From NCBI GenBank assembly GCA_016748015.1, contig JAAOMT010000665.1, positions 124,001 through 188,000 on the forward strand: a stretch of DNA of 64,000 nt. Reading direction: 5' to 3'. Under the pieces are notes generated by a model that saw nothing but the letters and a program-made list of their open reading frames with translations, made no database searches and was not told where the DNA came from. A program made the translations under genes and the position numbers. Position 1 is the first letter of the stretch; each line of letters starts with the position of its first letter. Positions 31,019-45,697 of this stretch are shown piece after piece. The stretch comes from Geosiphon pyriformis uo1 (Eukaryota > Fungi > Glomeromycota).

Positions 31019-32059
31019 AACGCTGTTTTATTTCGTTGGGGTTCCAATCGTGAACCTTGACAGGAGTCGCGACCAGCGGGAAAATGCTTTTCTTTTTCGT
31101 AAAGTCAACAGTCAAAATTTTAGGTGAAAGAATATTTACTACAAATTGTGCTAATTTTAATAAAAGGCTTTTAAGTCGTAAAATAAAGTGTGGCTTTGAC
31201 CAAAAATAATATATATTTGGTGTGGCGATAGTCAGCTATGAAAGAACAAAAGAGGAAACCCCGAATTTCACTTTGGTACTTTATAGACGAGGATTTCTTC
31301 GTCGTAGATAAATATTTAGAAAAAGTGAGTGTATGAGTTTCGTGAAAAGAAGCCAGGAATCGCGTGGAACAATAAAGCCCTTCTAATTTCGAATTGTTTA
31401 TTCACCAGCTACCAGAGCTTTGTGTGTTGGGGTCGTTCAAGAAAAAATTATGTATGTAATGTTGGTAATACAACAGAAAATTATTATTTATGAAAAGCAA
31501 TCATGTACATCATATAATATCAGATTTTGGCTTTACAAAATACACAATCACAAGAAAGGGGTAACTTCCCTATCCAGAAACACAATGTTATTGGCTCAAA
31601 GATTTGTTTTTTCGGGAATTTTGGTGAAAATTAAAGTCAAAAGACCAAATATAGCTAATTTGAAAAAAGCTAAAGGACTTTGTCCCTTCCGAAATAAATT
31701 TGCAATACGTATTCCAAATAATATAACTATTCCCGAATTTGAAATTGATATTTCAATGTTTCATAAATAATGATGCTTGTGAAAAAGTTGGTTCTTGGTC
31801 GGAAGTATTCGTTCTTAATTGAGAAAGTTATATTCATTTGAGGGTAAGAGCAATCACCCTTAGTACTGGATGTGTGTTTTATAAGTCTTTTTTGAAGCTT
31901 AAGCTTTTAGTGATTATCACAAATTTTTGTAATCAGCGTTTTAGATATACATGAAATTCTTTGTAATTTAAACATAATTGAATTTCTTGAAAAGTCTCTC
32001 CTGCCCAAGTAATTATAATAAAGGCTACAAGTTCCCATATAGATTGTCTGATCTGAAAA

Positions 32060-34203
32060 TCAACCCCGAAGTTCTAAATGTCCCTTCACCGCACTTCCAA
32101 TATTTGTTAAATCAATCAGGAAAGTATCATGACCATACATTGAATCTAACTCATAATAAGTAACATTCTTATTACCACCCATTTTGAGACATTCAGCAAT
32201 CTCTTTTTGTTGCCAACAAGGAAATAAAATATCAGACTGGACCCCAAGAATCAAAGTAGGAATTTGAATGACGGATAAACCCTGGATCAAATCTTTTAAG
32301 TCATTCATACTTGTTTTGGAAAGTGAGGAAATATGCTTTTTTGGTGGATTTAAGGTGGGATATTGAGAGAGGGAGGATTTTTGTTCTTTTGGTTTGGATT
32401 TAACTTTAAGACTGCATTGTTCCGGCTCAGTTGATGGTCCTAATTGGTTTTCCTTAATTCGAAGCTCTCTTTGGCGTTTAATTTCATCTAGTGTTGAGGC
32501 CGACATGTCGAATAAGTCCATGGCTTTTGAAATGTACAGCAAAGAGTTTGGATCGTATTGTAAACACCATCTTTCACCCTGAATAGTTGACAATTAATTG
32601 ATTAGGGAGGTATTTATTTGGTGCAATAGATACATTGGACAAGGGAAGAGTACTTGATGATCAAGATATGTTTCAATCAAGAAATCGGGGCATAATGCAG
32701 GAGATTGATTCTCTTGAGCTCGTTTTCTACCAAATCTTTGTTCCCACTCAGGTCCTGATCGATAACTAGATTTTTATAAGAAATGAAGGAAATTTTTAAA
32801 AGCTTTTAATTTTTTTACGCAATCAAGATATTCACCTGATAGTCGCGATCTCTCGAGCAAGCTAGATTAAATCAAAGTTTAATAGAATAAACAATTTGCT
32901 AAGCAGGAAAATTTTAAATTAAAAACAATTACCTTCATGCCTATATGAGGTGGAATTCCATTGTAATAAAAACCTTTGTTCCAATTTGGATCAGCCATTA
33001 AGACTATTTTAATTCAAAAGGATCGGAAAAAATGGGTCAATCAATATATGCTATATAAACTAGTGTATAAGGATCAGGGTTGATAACCACCTTGACGTTG
33101 AGTGTGCCGAGTTGCAATAGAATAAGGATGGGATCTTGCACACGCTGAAATGCTGATAAGGCGTTTTATACGATTCGGAAATAAATATGCAGCTGCTAAT
33201 GACTTTGATAAACAATTAATAGATTGTTATTTTCAGTGACATAATTAAATCATCTCTTTCAAAAATTCATCTCAATACCTGCATTCCTCCCATACTACTG
33301 CCAATACTAGCGTATAATTGGCTGATACCAAGATGATTCAACAATAAAAATTGTGCTCGAACCATATCAAAAATTGTGAGAATGGGAAAACGAGTAGCAT
33401 AACGTTCTTGATCTGAGGGATCAATCGACCAAGGACCTGTTGAACCATAACAACCACCAATTACATTGGTGCAAATGACAAAAAATTTATTGGTATCAAT
33501 GGAAAGACCTGGCCCTATTTAAATACGCTTATGATGATTATTAATAGCTCAAACATGGTATTATTTCGTTTTTTTCTTTCTGCAAATATTCGAAAATCTT
33601 ATTTCTTACCTACCAATAAACTTCTCCCACCATCCATCTTTCACATTTTTTTCATGACTTTTTGCGTGACTACTAGCCGATAGACCAGTATGTAATAAAA
33701 TAGCATTATCCTTTTGTTCATTAATCTTTCCCCATGTTTCATATGCGATATCTAATTGTGGCAATACCCCCCCATGGTCACACAAAAAAGGTTTGGTATG
33801 ATGAAAATGTAAATATCCAGTGACAACATTTTCGTAAGTTGGTTCAGGTCCGCCGTCCAGTGAACGAGTTCTTAAAGCGAGTTGATCGATACATGGAAAA
33901 GTTAACGCTGGATTTGAACTTGTCCTTGATTTTTTTTTGGTTTCAGGTATATGTTGAGGAAGTGAAGGCGGAGGTTCGAGTAAGATTCCACTTGGATTAG
34001 TTTTGGAGACAAAAGCCGAATTTTTCCGGATTGATGAAGCAGTAAAATCTATAACCACATGTGGAATTATAAAAATTGTATTTCTATTAATCGTGCGTAA
34101 AATTTAATCCAACAAAGTTCAATATTATTAATTTACCCCTGAATAAATATTTTAAGGAATTATAATTTTTGAGTTTGCAGAAATTACGAAATAAAATTGC
34201 CAT
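32060..34203 (-). CDS. cys2: Homoserine O-acetyltransferase-family enzyme, Cys2/CysA-type serine O-acyl(succinyl)transferase, probably mitochondrial
   Basis: Basic N-terminal presequence-like exon; [22 protein letters not shown] (Cys2-type rather than Met2 HALTG), GSSMGGMQ nucleophile motif, YGHDTFL. Confidence 0.82.
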
Positions 34204-34514
34204 TATTTTTCCTGTGATTTGGTGATAGAGTGAAAATTGAAATTTTTTAAGACAGGAACATTATCATTTAAGCCACTGCTAAACAATCCTTTATTATTTA
34301 AAGCATTTCGTGATTGGCTGAGGACCAAACAACAATTCTTTTGATGAAACTTCAAAATATTATTTTGATAATTTTGTTTGATAATTTTTTTTAAAATTGC
34401 GCATTCATATAGAATCTTAAATTTTATTAAAACAAATAAATAAATTTAACAAAAAATAAATAATTAGTAACATTAAAGTTTTCTGAGTTTTTATGTTAGG
34501 AATATGGTTTTAAA

Positions 34515-34750
34515 ACAAATGCCGATATCTTTTGGGATAATCCAAAAGAAATAAAAATATTTTGAAAGCACGGTTAACAAAGAAATTATGAAGGCAATGA
34601 TATATTGAATAAATTTAATATTTGAATTAAAACAATTAAAAATGTCAAGGCATTATTAGTTGGAATTTAAAAGCTCCTTTTTTAATTAGGCAGTCCTTTA
34701 AATGCTGTGGTATTACAGTTGTATTTGATGGCTTTGAAAAAATTGGGTGT
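34515..34750 (+). pseudogene. Relic of pogo/DDE_1 transposase C-terminal region
   Basis: ADIFWDNP (cf. ADVSWNKP) and LIRQSFKCCGITVVFDG (cf. IRKSFKCCGIS.ALDG) with stops between them. Confidence 0.55.
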
Positions 34751-35371
34751 TCAACTATTTACCACTTATTCAAAGAAAAAAGTAGAAATTCTCTTATTAA
34801 AAGTGCTTAGAGAAACGTGAGACTTTGATCTTCCCAGAAAAATCTAAATTTTATGGCTGGAACATATCAAAAAGTAAATGAGTCTCCCATTAAGAAATCA
34901 TCAGAAAACAAAGATCAGTGAGAATACTTACAAAAGCTACCATCCCTACAGATTATAAAATGAAAATGAAAATTTGACGACAAGACAAAATTTTAAAGGC
35001 AATGAAGGGCAGAAAAAAAGTACAAAGAGAGCAAGAATCGACAAAACTCTAAATGAGGCAAAAGCATATATATGGGACGCGCAAAGCCAGAGGCCATCAG
35101 CACCTGAAATTCTATTTAAATGGCAACCTTTAAACTCTATTTTCATACAACATTTTTTATTATAGATTGTTTTCGGAAATAAGTGGGACATGATAGTTGG
35201 TTCTCTCTTTTTGATCTTTTCAATTTGTCGGGATTTCAAGATAGCGGATGATTAATATATTTCACGGCGTTTAAAATTGATTTTATTTCAATTATGTGCC
35301 TGGAAATAAAAACATTTCAGCACTCGAGAGAATATATGCAAGGATTTCGGTAAAGCATGATTTAAGAATTT

Positions 35372-36793
35372 TCAATCGACAATTTTTGAAGCTGCTTTTC
35401 TTAATCTGTTCATCACCGCAAGACCTTCTTTCTCTTCCTTCATTCCTTCCACAATAATATAATCAACTTTTCGGTCATCTAAAAACCTCAAACCTTTAAA
35501 AAGTTGTCGCGCGACTTCTTCAGGAAATGCAATCGAGTCACCAAGATTGTATTCAATTAAATCAATATTTTTACTATGTACAAGACCATTAGTTGATGAT
35601 AAAGTTATAGCAGGGTTGACAAAATTGTCACATTCTTGATCAATTTCATTTCCATATTGGCTTTCTATCGGAATGAAATTCTCGCAGGATAAATTATCCT
35701 TAATCTTCTGAGGAATTGGGGTTGATGACAAAGAAGCAGAAGTTTTAATCGTCCTTAAAATTCCAATTCGCTTTTTAGAGCTTTTTCTAATTTCAAATAT
35801 CTCTTTCTCCACTAATTCTTTCATTTTTTTTGTTCTATCCTCTAATGAGCTTTTTTCTTCCTTAGGATCAATCAATATAACTTGCGCATCAGGAGAGTAA
35901 TGTCTATATTTCATCCCAGGTGTTGTAGGAGCCATTTCTAACTTTTCATCTATAAAATCTTTCTTGTACACCCTCAAACCAGACATTCCAGGCATGGGGA
36001 ATAAATCCTCAAATGTAACACCACCAGGTCTTAAAATGGTCGGTAGCTTTGGGTTACTCAGGACATCAAGCACTGTAGATTCTACACCAGAGACACATTG
36101 ACCACCATCAATAATCATTGACACCTTTGTATTGAGGTCATTAAAAACATGCGAGGCTATAGTTGGGGAAGGACGTCCTGAAATATTGGCTGAGGGTGCG
36201 GCAAGAGGAAAACCACAGAGTGTGATTAAAGCACGGGCGATTGGATGAGATGGGAAGCGAACAGCAACTGTTTGTTGGTTACAAGTAACTTCGTCAGGTA
36301 TTAGACTTGATTTGGGTAATAGTATAGTTAAAGGACCAGGCCAAAATTTTTTTATAATCTCCAGATAAATTCCCGGAATTTTGGCCTCAGGATTAGGTAG
36401 GAGTGAGCGTAACATTTTCAGAGAAGAAATATGCACAATCAAGGGGTTGTCCGCAGGTCTGTTCTTGATTGAGAAAATTTTTTTAACGGCTTCTGGATTA
36501 AGCGCGTTGGATGCTAGACCATAAACTGTTTCCGTAGGCATTGCCACAACTTCCCCTCTTGCGAGTAATGAAGCAGCTCTTGAAAGAATTTCTCGCGCTT
36601 TATTGTCATATGTCTGAAAATATGGATTTTCGAGACTATCGCAGGGTTCAAACGTAAAAGTGGTAGGGTCTATTTTGGAAACCTCTGTAATCATATTTAA
36701 AAAAAGCGGAGTTTCATTCCTAGAGAATTTTGGTGATTTCAAGTGTTTATATAAACTAGATAGTCTGCGAACAATTTTCAGAGCCGCAGGCAT
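35372..36793 (-). CDS. SUA5: Threonylcarbamoyl-AMP synthase (YrdC + Sua5 domains), intronless
   Basis: VAMPTETVYGL, KNRPADNPLIVH, APSANISGRPSPT, PGMKYRHYSP, AVMNRLRKAA. Confidence 0.96.
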   Translation of the reverse strand: MPAALKIVRRLSSLYKHLKSPKFSRNETPLFLNMITEVSKIDPTTFTFEPCDSLENPYFQTYDNKAREILSRAASLLARGEVVAMPTETVYGLASNALNPEAVKKIFSIKNRPADNPLIVHISSLKMLRSLLPNPEAKIPGIYLEIIKKFWPGPLTILLPKSSLIPDEVTCNQQTVAVRFPSHPIARALITLCGFPLAAPSANISGRPSPTIASHVFNDLNTKVSMIIDGGQCVSGVESTVLDVLSNPKLPTILRPGGVTFEDLFPMPGMSGLRVYKKDFIDEKLEMAPTTPGMKYRHYSPDAQVILIDPKEEKSSLEDRTKKMKELVEKEIFEIRKSSKKRIGILRTIKTSASLSSTPIPQKIKDNLSCENFIPIESQYGNEIDQECDNFVNPAITLSSTNGLVHSKNIDLIEYNLGDSIAFPEEVARQLFKGLRFLDDRKVDYIIVEGMKEEKEGLAVMNRLRKAASKIVD

Positions 36794-36916
36794 TTCAGAT
36801 TATTATTTGAGGCTGGGAGCCTATTGTGTGTGTATATATATGCACTAAGATTCTGAGTCATCATAGCATTTTAACAACATTTTTGATCACATCTCGAGCT
36901 TCAACCAAACACAAAA

Positions 36917-38823
<1,907 letters not shown>

Positions 38824-38993
38824 GACAGCTGTCTATAATAGGTCTTACGTAATAGATGATAATGCATTTCTCAAAAACTTAAGACTTAGAAGAGAATCAT
38901 TAACTTAAATTCGAAACATATACTAGTTATCTAATATTAGGACCAAGTATATATTTAAAGAAAATAAGATATCAGTAGAACGAATTCTATACG

Positions 38994-40541
38994 TTATTTC
39001 CATACCTTTGCAGTTCCATCCACACTAGTAGAAACCATCATTGGTTGCCGCGGATGATGAGCTACACAAGTGATAACACCTCCATGAGCTTCCTTGATCG
39101 TGGATAGCAATTTCCCCTGATGAATTTTATTTTAGTCTAAAATCCCGCATATCGTAACTGTCATATTCTTAATAATTTACCTCCAGTAAATCCCAAATAT
39201 AGATTCTGCCATCCTCTGAACCACTAATCACATGTAAATCGTAATTTGACAGACATGATTGTATTTTGTACAGTGAATTTTTATGACCCTTAAACCTAAT
39301 GTTCGTTTTCAGGTTAGTTTTTTGATAATCGAACAAGTTAATAAATAGGGAACTGAAAGAATGCAGATGACGATAGATGACTGTCCTTACTCATTCAATA
39401 GGCCACCATTGTCTTTGTCCATCAATCGAATAGTACTATCTAATGAGCTAGCCAAAACACAATTTCCATCTCCAGAAAAGCAGACGGAGGTAACAGGATC
39501 TTTTAAAACAAAGCAGGAATTAAAATTCTATTGAGACAATTAGCAAAATACAATTAAGTCGCTCATTACGTGAAATTAGATCCTGTAGAAGAGCACCCAC
39601 ACGAAGATCGTATATACGTATATTACCATCAACGGAGCTGATGAGTTAAAGATAGTCATTAGAAAAAAACCTTGAGTTTATTGAAGTTTGATCGAGTTAA
39701 ACTCACCCAGTGACAATTTCATATTGTGATACTTGCAAAGAGGCTACGCTATCTTTAGCCTCTTCTAATATTTGAATTGGGAGACGTGAATTTCCCCTAG
39801 CTTGAAAGAAATGAAATTAGCAGATCAATTCGTTGTAAAAATGTGTATTTGGCGGCTTAATTAAAACGAAAAAATCGTACCTGCAATCCCATAAGCGTAC
39901 AGTAGAATCGTAGGAGCCTATAAGAATTGTACAAATTGAAAGAATGAATTTGAATATAATATTTTTGAAAAAACTATTATTTAGATATACCGCTGGCGAT
40001 CACAGTCCCTTCTTGATTGAAATCGACCGTATTCACTCTCTTTTTATTAAAGCCCAAAAGCAGAAAATAATTAAAATGTGAAGAAACTGAAGTGTCAAAT
40101 TTTAAATAAATAATTAGAATTATTTTATACATGTTGATGTCCTTCAAAACGTCGAATCGTTCTAGCGGTGGTCACGTCAAACATAAAGACTTGGCGGTCT
40201 CCCCCACAAGAAGCAAAACGTGAATGATCCTGTGTACTAGTTTTGGCCAAGTAAAAGTTATAAGAGAAGAAAGTAGGTATTCAGCATTGAAAACTTGCCA
40301 TTAATGTCTATAAATATCAAGCCACTCTATTCACTTACATAGAAACACCCAAAACCTCCTTGCCATGGCCTTCATACGTTTTGATGCATAGGCCAGACTC
40401 AGGATTCCATAGTTTCACAGTACGGTCTTGACCACCAGTTAAAACATATTCGCCCGTTGAATTATAACGCGCATAATGTACGGGTCCCGTGTGAGAGGCG
40501 AAAACAAGGGAGCATTTTACTGGGAAAGGTGAAGCGGCCAT
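38994..40541 (-). CDS. WDR83: WD40-repeat protein WDR83/MORG1 (9 exons)
   Basis: YVLTGGQDRTVKLWNP, RFASCGGDRQV, SYDSTVRLWDCR, PIQILEEAKDSV, SLDSTIRLMDK, VISGSEDG. Confidence 0.9.
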
Positions 40542-40689
40542 AGTGTCATAATGGAGGTCTCCCACATGTTTCATCATAAATTTAAGTGACCCTTTGTCAC
40601 ATGATTGATAATATTTCTCTATTCTGATTGGCTAACTTTGAATATGGAGGAAGATAATGAGACTCATCCATAGAAGCAATTTCTCACTG

Positions 40690-41596
40690 ATGTCTTACAG
40701 TTCGTTGCCGCTTTATTCGGATTCATCTTCCTCTTCTACCTCTGTTTCACCGTTGTCCGCACCCTCTGAAAGTCCTCCATCTCATCATGACCTATTTGGT
40801 GAGTCGTCGGGTCTATCTTTTTCTACGAACTTGGGCCTTTCGATGACTTCGCCATTACCTCGTGTTCCCTCGCCTAGTCAAAATCAAAAGTTTAAAGATT
40901 TATTGGTGTTTGAAGAGCGACTAAAACAAAATCTACACGCATTGAGTAAGCGACAACAGAAATATGAAGGTATTTGCCTTTTTTTTTACTTCAGTGATAA
41001 TTTAAATTCAAATATGAATCCTATTGACTTGAATAATTTTATTTCTAGCTATTTTAGGTTTCAATTCCTGTTTGATTATATTTTTCGCCTATTGGATTTT
41101 TATTTATCAACTCCAGGTAAAAAAAATGTGATAACTTGTGATTTTTGTTGAATTATTACTTCATGTTGCTAAAAGCAATAAATTTATTTTCTTACAAGAA
41201 TCCCACTTTATACTTTTTAAGTATTGCTTGCATGATCTCTTCGATTAGTTATATATTAATATTCTTTATGACTGGGCAATATTCAGAGAAAGTCTCTGTT
41301 GGTCAAAAGTAAAGTAACCTGTTTTAATTTACCTAAATTATGCATTGAATCATTTTCATTTCACTAAATTTTCCTGCTTATAAAAATTATTTTCTAGATA
41401 TGTTCCACAATGCAATCGTGCCTTAAGAGCATTCAATATGCACTTTAATCGTGATAATAAAGGAGAACTTACATTTTATCGTAAAGTTCCAAAAAAAATT
41501 CAAGAAGGTTTTGAAAAATACCGTAAATCGTACATCAACAAGAAAAAAGAACGGGCCAAGTTCAAAGAAGAAAAGGAAAAGGGTAAAGAAAAGTAA
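40690..41596 (+). CDS. Spo7-like regulatory subunit of Nem1-Spo7 phosphatase (4 exons; possible upstream start 40657)
   Basis: FKDLLVFEERLKQN...KYE, two hydrophobic segments, then YVPQCNRALRAFNM. Confidence 0.78.
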
Positions 41597-41806
41597 ATAT
41601 TCTTGTCAAACAAGTAAGTCATAAAAATTGTATTAGATGTTTAAAATCTATCATTAAAAATTCTGACTTCGAATTTGCCAAACTTTTAGTGACAATGACT
41701 AGACTATGGAATTTTGTTATCTTTTTTTGAATGTTAAAATTCGAGATATTCCAGTGATAAGCTAACGACAAATATACAATATGAGCCTTACCGAGAATTT
41801 ATCCTT

Positions 41807-43156
41807 TTATCGTATGTGTTCGCCGGTGGCAATTACTTGTACAGCATCTCTTAAGTGCAAAGCCTTACCTATTAAAATTCTTAGAATTATAAATAACTTA
41901 AAGTTAAAACCATTCTTCAATGATAAATAAACACTCACCAGGCTTTCCTTGAATAATGTTCATGCCTACGAGGGATGTGATTAAAAAATTGCAAGTGAAG
42001 ACTACGTTTTTACTATCATCTTTAAACTTCTCACCAAAACAAGCTTTGTACTTTACTCCTTTGTCAACTCTCCTGTATGACAGCAAAGTTTTCAGCGGAT
42101 CTATACCATTTCTCTCCCCAGTGTCTGGGTTTACATTTGGGACTAAATTTCATTTATTTCCGTGAATGGATATCCTGCCTCTTCCTTAAATCAAGTCTTT
42201 TTGTTTTTAGCTTAGATAGACTCACTTATGCAACGGGAACAACGGCAAGCGACATAAAAGACATTCTCAGGATCTTCGCCAATGACTATTTTTTTCCAAG
42301 TATCCTCTTCGAAAGGAACCTTACATCCTTTTACGGTAATATTGGGTCTAAAGTTGCGCATACTAACTGGCTCTGATAATTTGGAATTGAGGTCTTTTAA
42401 AGATTCCTCGCTGATTAATAGGAAAGGATAGCCATCCGAAAACGCTGTCTGTTTAGAAAAAATCACATTTCAACTGTTTGGATATTTACATCAAAAAACT
42501 CACACAATTTGTTCCTTACCTGAGGCTGATATCCGACCTCTTCTTGATTTGGCGCGTGTTCTTTTACAGGTCTAACTTCGTTTGGTGACTTGAATACGAT
42601 CCTGGATGGAATACCCAAATATTTAGATATCCATCTAGATGCTTCTTCACCACAATCATAAGCGTCATAGTAACCCTCACAAACGAGGGATTTTTGAAGG
42701 TTGTAACTTTCTGGGCTATATCGCGAAATAATGATTTATTTGTTAAACAGGTCAAATGTTTTATCAGAATTAATAATAAAATTAAATTGTTCCTTATACT
42801 CTGGCCTCAACGGAAGTGAGAACTCTAGCATGCCCGGAGCACACAAAATTAGGGCTCCTCTTTCTTCATTAATTGTAGGAGCAATCAAAGCCAACTAATT
42901 TAAATTGATGGAATACAAAGTCCATGAGTTCTGAAAATTAATTTCTGGGTGGAAATTTTAACCACATTAAGGCTTATGAAACCTTCGGTATCTCTCGCTG
43001 TGTCAAAAAATTTGAATCTTCATCGACAATCATCCAGAATCGGTCATAAATAAAACCACACTCATTGGTTTTACATGAATCCACCTTAATACCTCGACAA
43101 GACTTTATTGGGTAAATATAAAGACCACTAATTTTTATATTATTGGAATAATCCAT
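41807..43156 (-). CDS. MOSC-domain protein (mARC-like; possible upstream start 43189)
   Basis: LYIYPIKSCRG, YDRFWMIVD, FLTQRE, FSDGYPFLLISEESL, NFRPNITV, CSRC, CFGMN. Confidence 0.92.
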
Positions 43157-43430
43157 TTTACGAAAATTGGTCGAGTTTATTTCATCCATTTTTATATGAA
43201 TTTGATTAATAATTATAATTATGTACAGTCAAACCTGAGATAACCCATACTGAGATAACCCATAACCTGTGATAAGCCATAACCTGTGATAAGCCATAGC
43301 ATTTACTGTCAGTATGGGTTATCTCAGGTGCTAGTTCTGGTAAAATTGCAAAGCAAACCAATATTTCCATGACTAAAAATGCTATATGATAATGTAACAT
43401 CACTTATTCAACAGAATGATCATTAATCAT

Positions 43431-44071
43431 GTAAGTAATCAAGTCGGAGTTTCGAATTGTCCCAAGTTTTAAATTATCATCAATTGTGTGAGTAATCAAG
43501 TCGGAATTTTGAATTGTCCCAAGTTTTAAATTATTACTGATCTTGTGAGTAATTAAGTCATAGTTTCAAATTGTCCCAAGTTTTAAATTATCATTGATTG
43601 TATGAGTAATCAAGTCGGAGTTTCGAATTGTTCCAAGTTTTAAATTACTGACCTTGTGAATAATCAATTCGGAGTTTTAAATTGTCCCAAGTTCTAAATT
43701 ATCATCGATTGTATGAGTAATCAATTCGGAGTTTTAAATTGTCCCAAGTTCTAAATTATCATCGATTGTATGAGTAATCAAGTCAGAGTTTCGAATTGTT
43801 TCAAGTTTTAAATTATTATCGATTGTATAAGTAATCAAGTCGGAGTTTCGAATTGTCCCAAGTTCTAAATTATCATCGATTGTATAAGTAATCAAGTCGG
43901 AGTTTCGAATTGTCCCAAGTTCTAAATTATCATCAATTGTATGAGTAATCAAGTCAGAGTTTCGAATTGTCCCAAGCTCTAAATTATCATTGATTGTATG
44001 AGTAATCAAATCAGAGTTTCGAATTGTTTCAAGTTTTAAATTATTATCAATTGTGTGAGTAATCAAGTCGG
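43431..44071. repeat. 57-bp minisatellite, about 11 units, inside the pogo element
   Basis: Unit GAGTAATCAAGTCGGAGTTTCGAATTGTCCCAAGTTCTAAATTATCATCGATTGTAT; two units are 54 bp. Confidence 0.95.
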
Positions 44072-44137
44072 ATTTTTGGATCAGCCCTATCTGATCAGAG
44101 TCTTAATCGTACTTTTCCTTTGCCTTTTGATTCCACC

Positions 44138-45697
44138 ATGTCTAATAGCAAAAAGCATGCTATCTCTTTAGCTTGCATTCCACAAAGTCGTGAGAATGCT
44201 ACACTTTATGATAAGCTTATGGTGCTTGATTGATATCATGCAAATGATAAAAACCAATCAAAAACTGCAAGGCACTTTAAGGAAAACGGTTTTCCATACA
44301 TGAAACAGCCTCTAGTTTCGGCTTGGGTCAAAAATGAACCAAATCTTCGTCCATGAGCAAATACAATGCGTGACTTGACTAGCAAGCGTATACGCACAGT
44401 ATGTAATCCTGACTTTGATAAAGCACTTGTTATTTTTGTTCGAGGCAGAATCACGTGGAATGATACTTAGTGGAGATGTAATTCGAGCTGCTGGCATAAA
44501 GTTCTATGATCAATTGAATATTCCAGAAAATGAGCGCCAAAAACTATCCAATGGCTGGCTTGAGAGCTTTAAAGACCATGTTGGATTGCATTCACTTCAC
44601 TTTCAAGGTGAGTATCATCAGCCAATGTTGAGCATATTGAAGATGAGTGAGTGCATGTAATGACACTTCTTGCTGATTGGAAGTTATGCAATATTTTCAA
44701 CATGGATGAAACTGCACTATTTGCTACAATACCACGTTATGGCACCAAACAATCAAAAATGCGACTGACACTTGCCTTTACAACCAATGGTGATGGAACT
44801 GAGTGTTTGCCACCACTTATTATAGGTCATGCTAAACGTCCACGCTGTTTTCAAAAGAAAACAGGAGAGCAACTTGGTTTCCAGTATTATTCAAACACTC
44901 GTGCTTAGATAACTGGTGATATTTTTTGACAATGGCTTGTTGATTGGGACTATCAGCTGCATAAAAAAAACCAAAACATATTGTTGTTAGTAGACAATTT
45001 TGCTGATCACAACTATAATACGAGATTTATTACAAATATTCATGCAGAATGGTTTGCATCTAACTTGACAGCACATATTCAGCCTATGGATGCTGGAATT
45101 ATTCATTGTTTTAAGGCACATTACTGTCACCATTTTTTTACCATGCATTGGATTTTTTTGATGATGGTGCCGATGATATTTATGCAATCAACCAACTTCA
45201 AGCAATGTGTCTAATTTATAGGGCATGGAAAAATGTTTCAAATGAAATAATTGCTTATTGCTGGCACAAAGTTGGCATTCTTCCAATCAATACAAATGAC
45301 AATTTTCAGAATGAAACTGCAAACTTGGAAATAATAGCTAATTATAATCAAAAGATAGTATTAGAAAAGATTAAGGATTGCTACAAAGAGTTCAATTGCA
45401 TACAGCCAAATCGTAGATACTTATCAATTGAAGAGTTGGTAAATTGCAAATTATATTATAACAAATCGTAAAACAAAGCATGATAGCTCTGATAAAGAAC
45501 AAGAGGTACAGAAAGTAATGAGTATTAAGGATGTACTAACTGCTATTACAAATCTTGAACAGTTTATAGAGCTTAAAAATAGCAAGGAATTTTATGATAC
45601 AGTTAGTAAGCTTGCTTATGTTAAATGTATACTTCATAAGAGAATGCAAAATAAACAAAAACAAATAACTTTTACAAGTTTCTTTAATATTGCATAA
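44138..45697 (+). pseudogene. pogo transposase (CENP-B HTH + DDE_1), disrupted
   Basis: SNGWLESFK, IFNMDETAL, LLVDNF, IQPMDAGIIHCFKAHY; C-terminal KQITFTSFF PIP-box-like motif; stops and frameshifts. Confidence 0.88.

Noticed and set aside
30759-31770. ORFs 30759-31127 and 31420-31770
   Set aside because: One is antisense to NIPA exon 1/intron and the other is intergenic; neither has a recognisable domain or splice structure.
43431-44071. Possible CRISPR array
   Set aside because: The units are contiguous tandem repeats with no unique spacers, inside a eukaryotic transposon, and no cas genes are present.
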